Shown one piece after another: positions 8,335-17,642 of a stretch of DNA of 64,000 nucleotides (its first letter is position 1; each line of letters opens with the position of its first letter). The stretch lies in IMG/VR virus record IMGVR_UViG_3300032242_002454, positions 1 through 64,000 of that record. One strand, given 5' to 3'. The notes beneath the pieces are model-generated. The model did not search any database. It saw only the letters and a program-made list of their open reading frames with translations, and was not told the origin of the DNA. The position numbers and the translations under genes were made by a program.

Positions 8335-10002
8335 ATGTCTAACAAAAAACTCAAAATTTTAATGTGTTCCGAAGCCAGTTTTTTAAGCTCTGGATTTGGT
8401 ACTTATGCAAAAGAAATCTTAAAAAGACTCTATGCAACAGGCAAATATGAAATAGCTGAATTTGCTTCTTATGGAAAAGTTAATGATCCTAAAGACGTAG
8501 ATATTCATTGGAGATATTATGCTAATGCTGTGGATGATAGAGATCCAAGACATAAAGAATATAATAGCTCAATGGAGAACCAGTTTGGTAGATGGAGATT
8601 TGAGAGAGTTCTTTTAGATTTCCAACCAGATATTGTATTTGATGTAAGAGATTATTGGATGAATTCTTATCAACAATTTTCTCCATTACGACCATTCTAT
8701 CACTGGGTTCTTATGCCCACAGTCGATTCTGCTCCACAACAAGAAGAATGGATTGATACTTTTATTCATGCTGATGCTATTTTTACATATTCTGATTTTG
8801 GTAAAGACACAGTATTAGAGCAAAGCAATAATCAAATAAGATATATAGATACTACATCTCCTGGTGTTGATCTTAATACTTTTAATATTATCGCAGATAA
8901 GAAGTCTGTAAAAAAAGCTTTAGGATTAGATGAAGATAGTTTTATTATCGGTTCTGTGATGCGTAATCAAAAGAGAAAGCTTATTCCAGAGCTTTTTGTT
9001 TCATTGCGTAAATTACTAGATAAGTTTCAAACAGAAAATAATCCTATTGGAGAAAAGACATATCTGTATTTACATACCAGCTATCCAGATGCTGGCTGGG
9101 ATTTGCCACAACTATTAAAAGAATATAAGATAGGTAATAGAGTTCTATTTACATATAGTTGTAAAAACTGTGGCTTTTTTCAGCCATCTTTATTTCAACA
9201 TCCTCTCACTTTCTGTCCAAGATGTAGTCAAAAATCTTTGTCTATGCCTAATGTAAGTGCTGGAGTACAATCTAAAAATTTAGCTACCATTATAAATACT
9301 TTTGATATCTATGTACAATATGCTATTTGTGAAGGTTTCGGTATGCCTCAAGTAGAAGCTGCTGCTTGTGGTGTGCCAATAGCTTCTGTAGACTATAGCG
9401 CTATGAGTGACGTTGTTAGAAAAGTAAATGGTTATCCAGTTAGAATTAATCAATATTTCAAAGAACTGGAAACCAAAGCTATTCGAGCTTATCCAGATAA
9501 TAATGATTTAGTAGAAATACTATATAATTATGCTAATATGCCAGATTTCTTAAAAGAACAAAAAAGATTCGAAACCAGAAAGCTAACAGAAGAACATTAT
9601 AACTGGGACCATATTGCACAAAAATGGGAAAAATATTTTGATAGCGTTAAACTTACTGGTTTACAAGGTAAGTGGTCAGAAAACTTACCAATGTTGGAGA
9701 CTATTAAAGAACCAACAGGGAAAGTCAATCCATATGATTTTATGACACATTCAGTATCTAAGAATATGTCTCAACATCAGCTTACGTCATCATTAATACT
9801 ATTGAATATGATTAAAGATTTGGACTATGGTTTTGCTATTAATGGAATACAAACAGAACCATATGATATAAGCAAAGCATTAGATGTTATCAATAATATT
9901 ATTAACAATAACAATTTAGCTCAAAATGCTAAGATGAATCATGATAGTCTAAGAAATGAAGATTTTATCCAATATGCTCATATGAAAGAAAACCTAAAAT
10001 GA
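8335..10002 (+). CDS. GT-B (GT4-like) glycosyltransferase with CxxC..CxxC insertion
   Basis: N-terminal SGFG motif, IGSVMRNQKRK, EGFGMPQVEAAACGVP; Zn ribbon CKNC...CPRC. Confidence 0.85.
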   Translation: MSNKKLKILMCSEASFLSSGFGTYAKEILKRLYATGKYEIAEFASYGKVNDPKDVDIHWRYYANAVDDRDPRHKEYNSSMENQFGRWRFERVLLDFQPDIVFDVRDYWMNSYQQFSPLRPFYHWVLMPTVDSAPQQEEWIDTFIHADAIFTYSDFGKDTVLEQSNNQIRYIDTTSPGVDLNTFNIIADKKSVKKALGLDEDSFIIGSVMRNQKRKLIPELFVSLRKLLDKFQTENNPIGEKTYLYLHTSYPDAGWDLPQLLKEYKIGNRVLFTYSCKNCGFFQPSLFQHPLTFCPRCSQKSLSMPNVSAGVQSKNLATIINTFDIYVQYAICEGFGMPQVEAAACGVPIASVDYSAMSDVVRKVNGYPVRINQYFKELETKAIRAYPDNNDLVEILYNYANMPDFLKEQKRFETRKLTEEHYNWDHIAQKWEKYFDSVKLTGLQGKWSENLPMLETIKEPTGKVNPYDFMTHSVSKNMSQHQLTSSLILLNMIKDLDYGFAINGIQTEPYDISKALDVINNIINNNNLAQNAKMNHDSLRNEDFIQYAHMKENLK

Positions 10003-11120
10003 ATGTATTGTTCGTAGGACCATATAGACAACAAGATGGCTGGGGTTTAGCTACCCAAAGCTATATTAGGGCACTGGCTTCTCAAAAACACAATTTAACA
10101 ACTAGGCCTGTGTTTTTAGGGACTCCATCTAATATTATAGCTGATGATATTTTAGCTTATGAAAACTCATTATATGATTCTTATGATGTAGTTATTCAAA
10201 AGACACTGCCTCATGGTTTGTTTTACAATAAAAAATTTAAGAAAAATATAGGCTTATTTGTCTTAGAAACTAATAATATTGGTAACTCATCTTGCATTTT
10301 TAATATCAATCAGATGGATGAGGTGTGGGTTCCTAGTAAGCAAGAACAAAAATGTTTACTGAAATCAGGAGTCACTAAGCCGATTAAAGTAGTATCACAA
10401 CCACTTGATACCGATTTTATTAAGTCTAATAAAAACCATACTTTGGATCTTCACTCTCTAGTTAAAAAAACATTTAAGTTTTATTTTATTGGAGAATATG
10501 TTCAACGTAAAAACATTAGGGATTTGGTAACTGCTTTTCATTTAGCTTTCGATATGAGTCAATCAGTTTCTTTAATTATTAAAACTAATATCCCCGGTAT
10601 GTCACCTATTGATTCTCAAAAAACTATTGAAAAAGATATAGAAAGTATTAAAAGACAACTTAATATTAATCAAAAATATAAACAAGAAATTATTATCACA
10701 GATAGACTATCTGATAAAGAGATAGTTGGTCTACATAACTCTTGTGACTGTTTTGTTATGCCTTCTTTTGGTGAAGCATTTTGTCGTCCAGCAGCAGAAG
10801 CTCTTGTATTAGGTAAAACACCTATTGTAACTGACAATACTGGAATGGTAGATTATGTAAATCATGATAACGGTTTTGTGGTTCAAAGTCACAGAACCCC
10901 AGTTATGTTAAATCAAAGAACTTTATCTGTAGACTATGATATCTACAATGCTAATGAGTATTGGTATCGAGTTAATATGTATGATTTAATTGAAAAAATG
11001 AGATCAGCATATATAATGAATAAAAACGAAAAGAAAAAACTAGAAGAAAAAAGACTACTAGGTATTAATAGTATTGATCAATTTAGCTATCAACACATCG
11101 GGGAAAATCTATGTATCTGA
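9999..11120 (+). CDS. GT-B (GT4-like) glycosyltransferase
   Basis: DGWG motif, RKNIRDLV, CFVMPSFGEAFCRPAAEALVLGKTPI. Confidence 0.85.
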   Translation: MNVLFVGPYRQQDGWGLATQSYIRALASQKHNLTTRPVFLGTPSNIIADDILAYENSLYDSYDVVIQKTLPHGLFYNKKFKKNIGLFVLETNNIGNSSCIFNINQMDEVWVPSKQEQKCLLKSGVTKPIKVVSQPLDTDFIKSNKNHTLDLHSLVKKTFKFYFIGEYVQRKNIRDLVTAFHLAFDMSQSVSLIIKTNIPGMSPIDSQKTIEKDIESIKRQLNINQKYKQEIIITDRLSDKEIVGLHNSCDCFVMPSFGEAFCRPAAEALVLGKTPIVTDNTGMVDYVNHDNGFVVQSHRTPVMLNQRTLSVDYDIYNANEYWYRVNMYDLIEKMRSAYIMNKNEKKKLEEKRLLGINSIDQFSYQHIGENLCI

Positions 11121-12031
11121 GCTTTATTACCGGTAATGTTTTAGAAAAATTTACAGACGATAAGCACAATATCATATATTATCCTCAAAATAATATGTTT
11201 GATCATTTGTTAGCTAATATTAATGATCATTCCTATTATATCTTTGGAGAAAATAAAGATAATTTTCAGATTGCAAATATAATCAATCTACCTAACAGTC
11301 TAGTATCTCTGTATAATTACAATTTATCTATTACAAATAATATTTTAGGCTATGCGTCTAATAATTTAAAACATTTACATTTAAATAGTATTATTTGTAC
11401 ACACTCACATAAGCCATCATATATTAAAAAAGAAGATTCTCTATTAATGGATCAAAGACTATCCAAAGAAATAAAAGTCTTTTTTACAGAATCGAGTAAA
11501 GAGTCTTGGAGAATCAGCACAGGTAGTGTTATTAAATATGGTATTCCAGAACTATTTAGTAATGAGGTTCTTGTAGAAAATAGAAAAGATGTTTTGATTC
11601 TTAATTTTGAAAATACTCCTCATGCTAAACAAATTCAGCAAGCATTATTGAACAGTAACTACTCTTGTGATATTATGGATTCATGCTCTGTTAATACTAA
11701 AGAAATTTCTAAGCAATTTAATAATTATAAGGTATGCATAGATTTATCTGAACATAATATTATTAATCTTCTGTGTGCTATTGCTGCTGGGTGTGAGACT
11801 ATTACTATGATGCCACAAATACTGGCTTCAGAATATACTGATCTTGATGGTTTAGTCTTTATAGAATCAATTAGTCAAATAGGAGATGCTATTCAATCAG
11901 TTCTTGCTATTTCAGATGAAAGAAGACAACAAAATAGAGATCAAGTGCTAGAAAGATTTTCTTTCAATAATTTTAAAACACAGTTTAATTCTTTAATTAC
12001 TAGAGCCAACACGGAGGCATTTGTCCTATGA
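11111..12031 (+). CDS. Glycosyltransferase-like protein (divergent GT-B)
   Basis: IKYGIP, FNNYKVCID, LLCAIAAGC and RFSFNNF resemble a GT-B C-terminal half; operon context agrees. Confidence 0.55.
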   Translation: MYLSFITGNVLEKFTDDKHNIIYYPQNNMFDHLLANINDHSYYIFGENKDNFQIANIINLPNSLVSLYNYNLSITNNILGYASNNLKHLHLNSIICTHSHKPSYIKKEDSLLMDQRLSKEIKVFFTESSKESWRISTGSVIKYGIPELFSNEVLVENRKDVLILNFENTPHAKQIQQALLNSNYSCDIMDSCSVNTKEISKQFNNYKVCIDLSEHNIINLLCAIAAGCETITMMPQILASEYTDLDGLVFIESISQIGDAIQSVLAISDERRQQNRDQVLERFSFNNFKTQFNSLITRANTEAFVL

Positions 12032-12444
12032 TTCATCAAATTAACATTGTAGTCAATCCTGAAACAGATGCTCTTGATGGGTATTCTAATCTGGAAATTG
12101 ACAATATTCCACAAGTTACCAACGGCTTTGTTAATGCTATTGTTTTTACAACAATTGATAAGGTTGTGCAGAAAAATCGAGATGCCATATTTATTGAGTT
12201 ACTAAAAAAACTAACTCGCGGAGGATCTTTAACTGTTCGATTTTTAAATCCAGAATCCATTTGTCATAAGATCAAAAATGGGTCTTGTTCCGGTCTAGCA
12301 TTTGCATCAATGGTTGATAGTCTTAAGTCTTCATGGATGGAAACAGAATTTTTATCTCTGGTATCGTCTATACCCGGATTCGAATTAATTAAACATATTC
12401 ATGAAGATGTTCACTCTATAGCTGTTATAGAAAAGAGCAAATGA
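12028..12444 (+). CDS. Hypothetical protein, possible degenerate methyltransferase-fold fragment
   Basis: The IFIELLKKLTRGGSLTV pattern recalls class I MTase motif (L)KPGG; translationally coupled on both sides. Confidence 0.45.
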   Translation: MIHQINIVVNPETDALDGYSNLEIDNIPQVTNGFVNAIVFTTIDKVVQKNRDAIFIELLKKLTRGGSLTVRFLNPESICHKIKNGSCSGLAFASMVDSLKSSWMETEFLSLVSSIPGFELIKHIHEDVHSIAVIEKSK

Positions 12445-13133
12445 GTAAGATAGCCTCCGTTATACTCTCATATGAAATTACTAAGGGTATGAAATCTTTT
12501 GGTCCAATAGGATTGCTAAAGTCCAAGACCAATGGTAAAGAGCTAATTTTACATCAAATTGAAGGATTAGAAAAACTGTTTAAACATACTGATATGTTTG
12601 TGGTATCTGGTTTTGGCTATGAAAAACTAAATAAAGCTATTCCTAAAAACACAAAAATTATTGTGAATAATGAATTCCAAAATAAAAGTCATGCATATGC
12701 TATTAAACTAATATTATCCGAATATAATCCAGATAACTATGATGGTGTTTTCATTATTAATAATGGAGGCATTATCAAAGCCCAAATTCCTTCCAAAAAC
12801 CTTTCATTTAATCATTCTTGGATCTTATCCAAAAATATTAAAACAAGTCAACAGAACAGTAAATTCTTGGGTTCAGTAACCAACGATCAGGGATTAGTTG
12901 ATTATATCTTTTATAATGTAGGACAAAATGCTTGGTGTGAGGGTGTTTATTGGTGCAATAAAGATATTAAAAAAATATTGTCATCAATAGATACTTATTA
13001 TGATAATATGTTTTTATTCGAAGTAATTAATAAATCTATTACGCAAAATATAAAATATAAACAGGTAGTGTTGAGTGCAGATGAGATTATAAGTATTTAT
13101 GGCATGAGAGACAAACACAAAATTAAAGTATAA
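12441..13133 (+). CDS. Sugar/choline-phosphate nucleotidyltransferase-like protein (GT-A/NTP_transferase fold, divergent)
   Basis: GMKSFGPIGLL, ELILHQIE, VVSGFGYE and IIVNNEF match the N-terminus of the LicC/MobA/GlmU-like family. Confidence 0.6.
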   Translation: MSKIASVILSYEITKGMKSFGPIGLLKSKTNGKELILHQIEGLEKLFKHTDMFVVSGFGYEKLNKAIPKNTKIIVNNEFQNKSHAYAIKLILSEYNPDNYDGVFIINNGGIIKAQIPSKNLSFNHSWILSKNIKTSQQNSKFLGSVTNDQGLVDYIFYNVGQNAWCEGVYWCNKDIKKILSSIDTYYDNMFLFEVINKSITQNIKYKQVVLSADEIISIYGMRDKHKIKV

Positions 13134-13136
13134 ATT

Positions 13137-13922
13137 ATGAAAAAGATAAAAGTAATAACCCATGTCCCATCAAATAATGACGAATATAGGTCATTTGTCA
13201 AGAATTTGTATAATAATGATGAAATCCTGGATGTTTCATCTACTAATGTTCATGGTAATCTATTTGAGATATATTATCAATATAAACCAGAAATTCTAGT
13301 TCTCTGTGCTAGTGAATATACTCAAGAATTTCATGATTTTATTAGTGAACATGAAAAACATTTACAGATAGTATTATTTATTAATCTTCCCATTGCTAAT
13401 GTACAACTAATAGATTTTTGGAATAGTACTTCAATATTAGGAGTTGGTAGAAAAGACTACCCTGTTAAACTGCTAACTAACGACAAACTTTTTTATAATA
13501 AGCTATACGATAATACTATTTTTACAAAATCAGATACTGAGGCTAGAAATGACAAGATAGCCGTACTTCTATCTAAGAATGATGAGGTCAACGACAAGAT
13601 AATTGGTCCATATTTATATCCTTCTACAAAAGAAAAATTTGTATTATTTAACTCTCCAACATACAAAAAATTTCAAAATGTAGGAACATTAAACTCAACA
13701 GATACTTGTTTAATCTTTAATACCTATAAGTGTCTCGTAGATCTAGATAATAACTATGAACTAGAAGCTAAAGTTTGTTCAATAGACAATATTGATACCG
13801 AAGGAAATCTTATAGAAAATATAAAGAATCATGTTGTAAAAAATACTCATATCAATATTGAAGAATCTTCTTATGACTATTTTATTAAAAATAAGTTTTT
13901 ATCTACAATAATAAAGGAATAA
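13137..13922 (+). CDS. Hypothetical glycosyltransferase-like protein
   Basis: YKPEILVL Rossmann-like segment; FNTYKCLVD resembles the neighbouring GT-like ORF; cluster context. Confidence 0.45.
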   Translation: MKKIKVITHVPSNNDEYRSFVKNLYNNDEILDVSSTNVHGNLFEIYYQYKPEILVLCASEYTQEFHDFISEHEKHLQIVLFINLPIANVQLIDFWNSTSILGVGRKDYPVKLLTNDKLFYNKLYDNTIFTKSDTEARNDKIAVLLSKNDEVNDKIIGPYLYPSTKEKFVLFNSPTYKKFQNVGTLNSTDTCLIFNTYKCLVDLDNNYELEAKVCSIDNIDTEGNLIENIKNHVVKNTHINIEESSYDYFIKNKFLSTIIKE

Positions 13923-13924
13923 CT

Positions 13925-14392
13925 ATGGATATAGGTTTTTATCTATTGGATGTTGAGCCAAATAATGAAACTCAAAACAAAATTATTAAAGCCATAAATG
14001 ACTTGTGTGGCACATATCCATATGCTAATATTGTTTTATTTAATAATCAATTCAATAATATAGATATTGGACATAAGTATTATACATTGCACATTCAACA
14101 GGCTAAATATTTTGATGGGATACTTTTTGTTTTTGATATTAAAAGTGCAATGTTAACACAAACTTTTCCTGCTCCAAAAAAACAAGTTCTATATATGTCA
14201 AATCCAGAATGGAATAAAAATGGATCCATCCCGTATGGGTTTTGGCATAACATTTATATGAAAAATAATTTTGAGCTTATTACAGATAATCAACAAACCT
14301 ATGATTTGTGTGAAATTTGCTGGAAAAAACCATTAAGTTTAATCCAAGAGATTAATAGTCAGGAGCTTCAAAATGTCATCTCCCAAATATAA
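13925..14392 (+). CDS. Hypothetical protein, GT-B N-terminal-domain-like
   Basis: Coupled ORF at the end of the cluster with a Rossmann-like strand/helix pattern; function is inferred from context only. Confidence 0.5.
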   Translation: MDIGFYLLDVEPNNETQNKIIKAINDLCGTYPYANIVLFNNQFNNIDIGHKYYTLHIQQAKYFDGILFVFDIKSAMLTQTFPAPKKQVLYMSNPEWNKNGSIPYGFWHNIYMKNNFELITDNQQTYDLCEICWKKPLSLIQEINSQELQNVISQI

Positions 14393-15164
14393 GAAATTGA
14401 CTGACACAGATAAGTTGGCTGTTTTGCAACAGCATTATGTTAAAGAAAAGCTAAGTTTTCAAGATATTGCTGACATATATGGAACATATGCTAATGAAAT
14501 AAGAAGAGATGCTAAAAAATTTGAGATACCAATTAGAGATAAAAGTGAAGCTCAAAAAAATGCTCTCTCATCAGGTAAACATAAACACCCAACCAAAGGA
14601 ATAGCTCGTAGCGAAGAAACCAAAGAAAAAATTGGTTCTGGTGTTATGGGAGCATGGAATAATCTTAGTGCGGACGAATTGCAAAAAAGACAAGACAAAA
14701 GTAGACTAAATTGGGAAAAGCTAAGTGAAGAAGAAAAAGGAAATATCGTAAAAGCTGCTAATACTGCTGCTAGACTAAGTAGCAAAACTGGATCAAAATT
14801 AGAGAAATTTATCCTAAAAAAGCTTTTAACAGATGGATATTCTGTTGAGTTGCACAAAGAGCAATTGTTATCAAATACCAAGTTGCAAATTGACCTGTTC
14901 TTGCCTACAATGAACATAGCGATAGAGGTTGACGGACCATCCCACTTTTCTCCTATATGGGGAGAGGATGCTCTTAAAAAAAATCAGAGTTATGATGAGA
15001 AGAAAAATGGATTAATTATCGGTAGAGGATTATCATTGATCAGGATCAAGCAATGTAGAGATTTTTCTAATGCTAGAGCTAATTTAATTTACTCAAGACT
15101 ATTAGACTGTTTACAAAACAAAACATATCAGAATAATACTATTACAAACATAGAGGATGAATAA
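14373..15164 (+). CDS. HTH/NUMOD3-like + Vsr/DUF559-type endonuclease (free-standing homing-endonuclease-like)
   Basis: LSFQDIADIYG HTH, RSEETKEKIG NUMOD3-like motif, and C-terminal IDLFLP...IAIEVDGPSHF...DEKKN...LIRI. Confidence 0.75.
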   Translation: MSSPKYKKLTDTDKLAVLQQHYVKEKLSFQDIADIYGTYANEIRRDAKKFEIPIRDKSEAQKNALSSGKHKHPTKGIARSEETKEKIGSGVMGAWNNLSADELQKRQDKSRLNWEKLSEEEKGNIVKAANTAARLSSKTGSKLEKFILKKLLTDGYSVELHKEQLLSNTKLQIDLFLPTMNIAIEVDGPSHFSPIWGEDALKKNQSYDEKKNGLIIGRGLSLIRIKQCRDFSNARANLIYSRLLDCLQNKTYQNNTITNIEDE

Positions 15165-15889
15165 TGGTTAAGGAAAAGAAAATTGCAGAAGTAGTGACTG
15201 AATCTGTGGAATCAACATCAGTAAAAGTCACACCTAATGATCTAGGATGGACAGATTATGTTTTGGGATTATTGTCAGATGATGAAAAAATTTCTGGCAA
15301 TCCTACTACTGATGGTTTAAGGAGAATATTTGAAATAGCTTTAAATTGTGATGTTATTGAGGCTATGACAGAAATTGTTCAAGCTCCAACACCAGAGAAT
15401 GAAAAAAGGGCAACTGCTACTCATACTATTCGTTATGTATTAAAAGGGGATCTCTCCTCAGAAGGAGAAGTTAAATACCGGGCTGTAACGGGCGCTGCTG
15501 ACGTTTATTGGGGTAATTGTGATAAGATCTATCGTAACCACCCTACTGCTGTAGCAGAAACAAGAGCAGAAGGTCGAGCACTACGAAGAGGTCTTAAACT
15601 AAGGAAAGTTGTTGCTGCTGAAGAAATAGCTAAAGATATTGAAGATCATCCAGATGAGAATTCAGTATCTAAGATTAGTGTTAATCAGATTAACTTTATA
15701 GATGTAATTGCACAAAGACTAAATGTTAATGTAGCTAATTTAATAAAATCGCTTGCAATTACTGAAGCTAACATATATAATATCGCACATGAGGATGCTG
15801 TGAGCGTGATCAAGCATCTTACTTCATATCAACAAGATATGAGCAAATTAACAGATGAACTATTAGGCTATCAATCAAACTGGAAGTGA
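15164..15889 (+). CDS. Putative Rad52/Sak-like single-strand annealing protein
   Basis: AVAETRAEGRALRRGL matches the A-x-T-R-A-x-G-R-A-L helix of Rad52-like phage annealases. Confidence 0.6.
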   Translation: MVKEKKIAEVVTESVESTSVKVTPNDLGWTDYVLGLLSDDEKISGNPTTDGLRRIFEIALNCDVIEAMTEIVQAPTPENEKRATATHTIRYVLKGDLSSEGEVKYRAVTGAADVYWGNCDKIYRNHPTAVAETRAEGRALRRGLKLRKVVAAEEIAKDIEDHPDENSVSKISVNQINFIDVIAQRLNVNVANLIKSLAITEANIYNIAHEDAVSVIKHLTSYQQDMSKLTDELLGYQSNWK

Positions 15890-15893
15890 TATT

Positions 15894-16226
15894 ATGAAAG
15901 TAACTTATAAAGCCAATGACAAACTATCTTTTGAACTAGAAGCTGCTGGACAAAAGGAAATTTTCAAAGAATTAGCCTTAATTCAGGAGATTTTTTCAGA
16001 AGATAAGTGTGGGCTTTGTAAGAGTACTAATTTGAAGTTTATAGTTCGTAATGTCGAAGGTAACGATTATTATGAATTAAGATGCATGGACTGTGGGGCA
16101 ATCTTGTCCTTTGGTCAGCATAAAAAGGGTGGTACTTTATTTCCTAAGCGTAAAGATGACGAAAACAATTGGTTACCAAATAATGGTTGGCACAAATGGC
16201 AAAAAAATTCGGCAGACAAAACTTAA
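15894..16226 (+). CDS. Zinc-ribbon hypothetical protein
   Basis: CGLC...YELRCMDC; follows the annealase gene. Confidence 0.75.
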   Translation: MKVTYKANDKLSFELEAAGQKEIFKELALIQEIFSEDKCGLCKSTNLKFIVRNVEGNDYYELRCMDCGAILSFGQHKKGGTLFPKRKDDENNWLPNNGWHKWQKNSADKT

Positions 16227-17167
16227 ATCGTTGGTTAGATAAAACAGTTAATGAACTGCATGATTCTGGTATATTATATAGTTGTATTTTACATACAATT
16301 ATACTCTTAGTAATGTCTTTGACATTTTTAGTACCAGAGCCTTTACAAACCATAAGATTAACACTATCTTTTAATGGTGATTCTTCAATAGAAGAAGGTT
16401 CAGAACCAATATTAGATATTCAAACAATGGAAGATATTTCTGAATCAGCTTCGGATATCGAGTCCGATTTTAATCCAGAAAATATTGCAGCAATTGAAAG
16501 TTCGGATATTATAGAAACTGATAGCCTATCTCCTATTTTGGACTCTTTAGAACCATCTGATAGTAATGAAATAATCGATTTAGCAACTGAGCAGCTTGAT
16601 CAACAAATAGCAGCACAAGAAGAAACCCCTGCTCCTGCACCACCTAAAGTTGTGGTAGCCAAAACTGGAAAACAAACTAGTAGTAATACTTCAACAAATG
16701 AAAAGTCTGGTGGTGAACAATTAAGCTCTGGTGATCAGGCTATAGTTGGTGCTATAGGAGAAAGATTAAGAATGGCTGGTGCAAAAACGGGGGATATACA
16801 AATATCTATTGGATGGAATACCGTGGACGATATTGATTTGCATGTGAAAGCAAAAAATGGTCATGGTGTATCTTGGATAAACTGGATGGCTCCATTCGGT
16901 ACAGATGGTGGTCACTTAGATGTGGATATGAATGCTTCACCTACTCAGCTAACAAATAGAGCGGTAGAAAATGTTTATTGGCCGTTCGGTCAGTCGCCAC
17001 AAGCAGAATATATAGTTGGAGTGCATTTGTTCAGAAACAGGACTGGATTGCGATCTGTACCAGTAAGCGTTGTTATTAAAGTGGGAGATAAAACTAAAGT
17101 GTTTAATGTCAACTGTATGTCTGGCACAAATGTGACTGAGGTGACTCGATTTACGAAGGTAAACTAG
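16196..17167 (+). CDS. Membrane-anchored protein with C-terminal YfaP/DUF2135-like domain
   Basis: Hydrophobic helix ILYSCILHTIILLVMSLTFLV, an acidic/Pro linker, then ISIGWNTVDDIDLHV...LDVDMN...ENVYWP...YIVGVHLF. ATG 16196 is preferred over TTG 16187. Confidence 0.7.
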   Translation: MAKKFGRQNLNRWLDKTVNELHDSGILYSCILHTIILLVMSLTFLVPEPLQTIRLTLSFNGDSSIEEGSEPILDIQTMEDISESASDIESDFNPENIAAIESSDIIETDSLSPILDSLEPSDSNEIIDLATEQLDQQIAAQEETPAPAPPKVVVAKTGKQTSSNTSTNEKSGGEQLSSGDQAIVGAIGERLRMAGAKTGDIQISIGWNTVDDIDLHVKAKNGHGVSWINWMAPFGTDGGHLDVDMNASPTQLTNRAVENVYWPFGQSPQAEYIVGVHLFRNRTGLRSVPVSVVIKVGDKTKVFNVNCMSGTNVTEVTRFTKVN

Positions 17168-17642
17168 GCATAATAGGACCCCATTTATCGGCGGGACATT
17201 TTTGATCTCTGTGAGCAAGCTTGTTTTTATGATTAGCATCCCTTACCACGGTACATCCACATAATAAACAAGAACTATCTTTAAAATACTCACATGTTTT
17301 ACAAATAGCTAATCTTTGATCTATTTCTTCTTCAGAACACATATTTGCTGGAGCATTTTTAACTGATTCATCATTTCTAATTGCTTCTTTTTTAATTTGA
17401 TCTAATAAAATATTATTCATATCATTAGGACTAGAAAGATGTACCGGTTTTTCTAGATTAGGATCATTAATATGATTAGAGTGTATTAAATGAGCTAAAT
17501 CTTCTATTTTTTTAAAACACATTATCTTAGTGTCAGGATTTTCTAAGCCCATAGTTAAACCACAATATTTACATTTATAAAGTGGTTTATTATTAAAACT
17601 TGATCCTAAGCTCTCTAAATCACAATAAGCTGTTTTATTCAT
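17151..17642 (-). CDS. Cys-rich protein with C-terminal DUF6171-like domain
   Basis: QRLAICKTC...CLLCGC...CPADKW; N-terminal CKYC. Start overlaps the upstream stop (TAATG). Confidence 0.7.
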   Translation of the reverse strand: MNKTAYCDLESLGSSFNNKPLYKCKYCGLTMGLENPDTKIMCFKKIEDLAHLIHSNHINDPNLEKPVHLSSPNDMNNILLDQIKKEAIRNDESVKNAPANMCSEEEIDQRLAICKTCEYFKDSSCLLCGCTVVRDANHKNKLAHRDQKCPADKWGPIMPSLPS

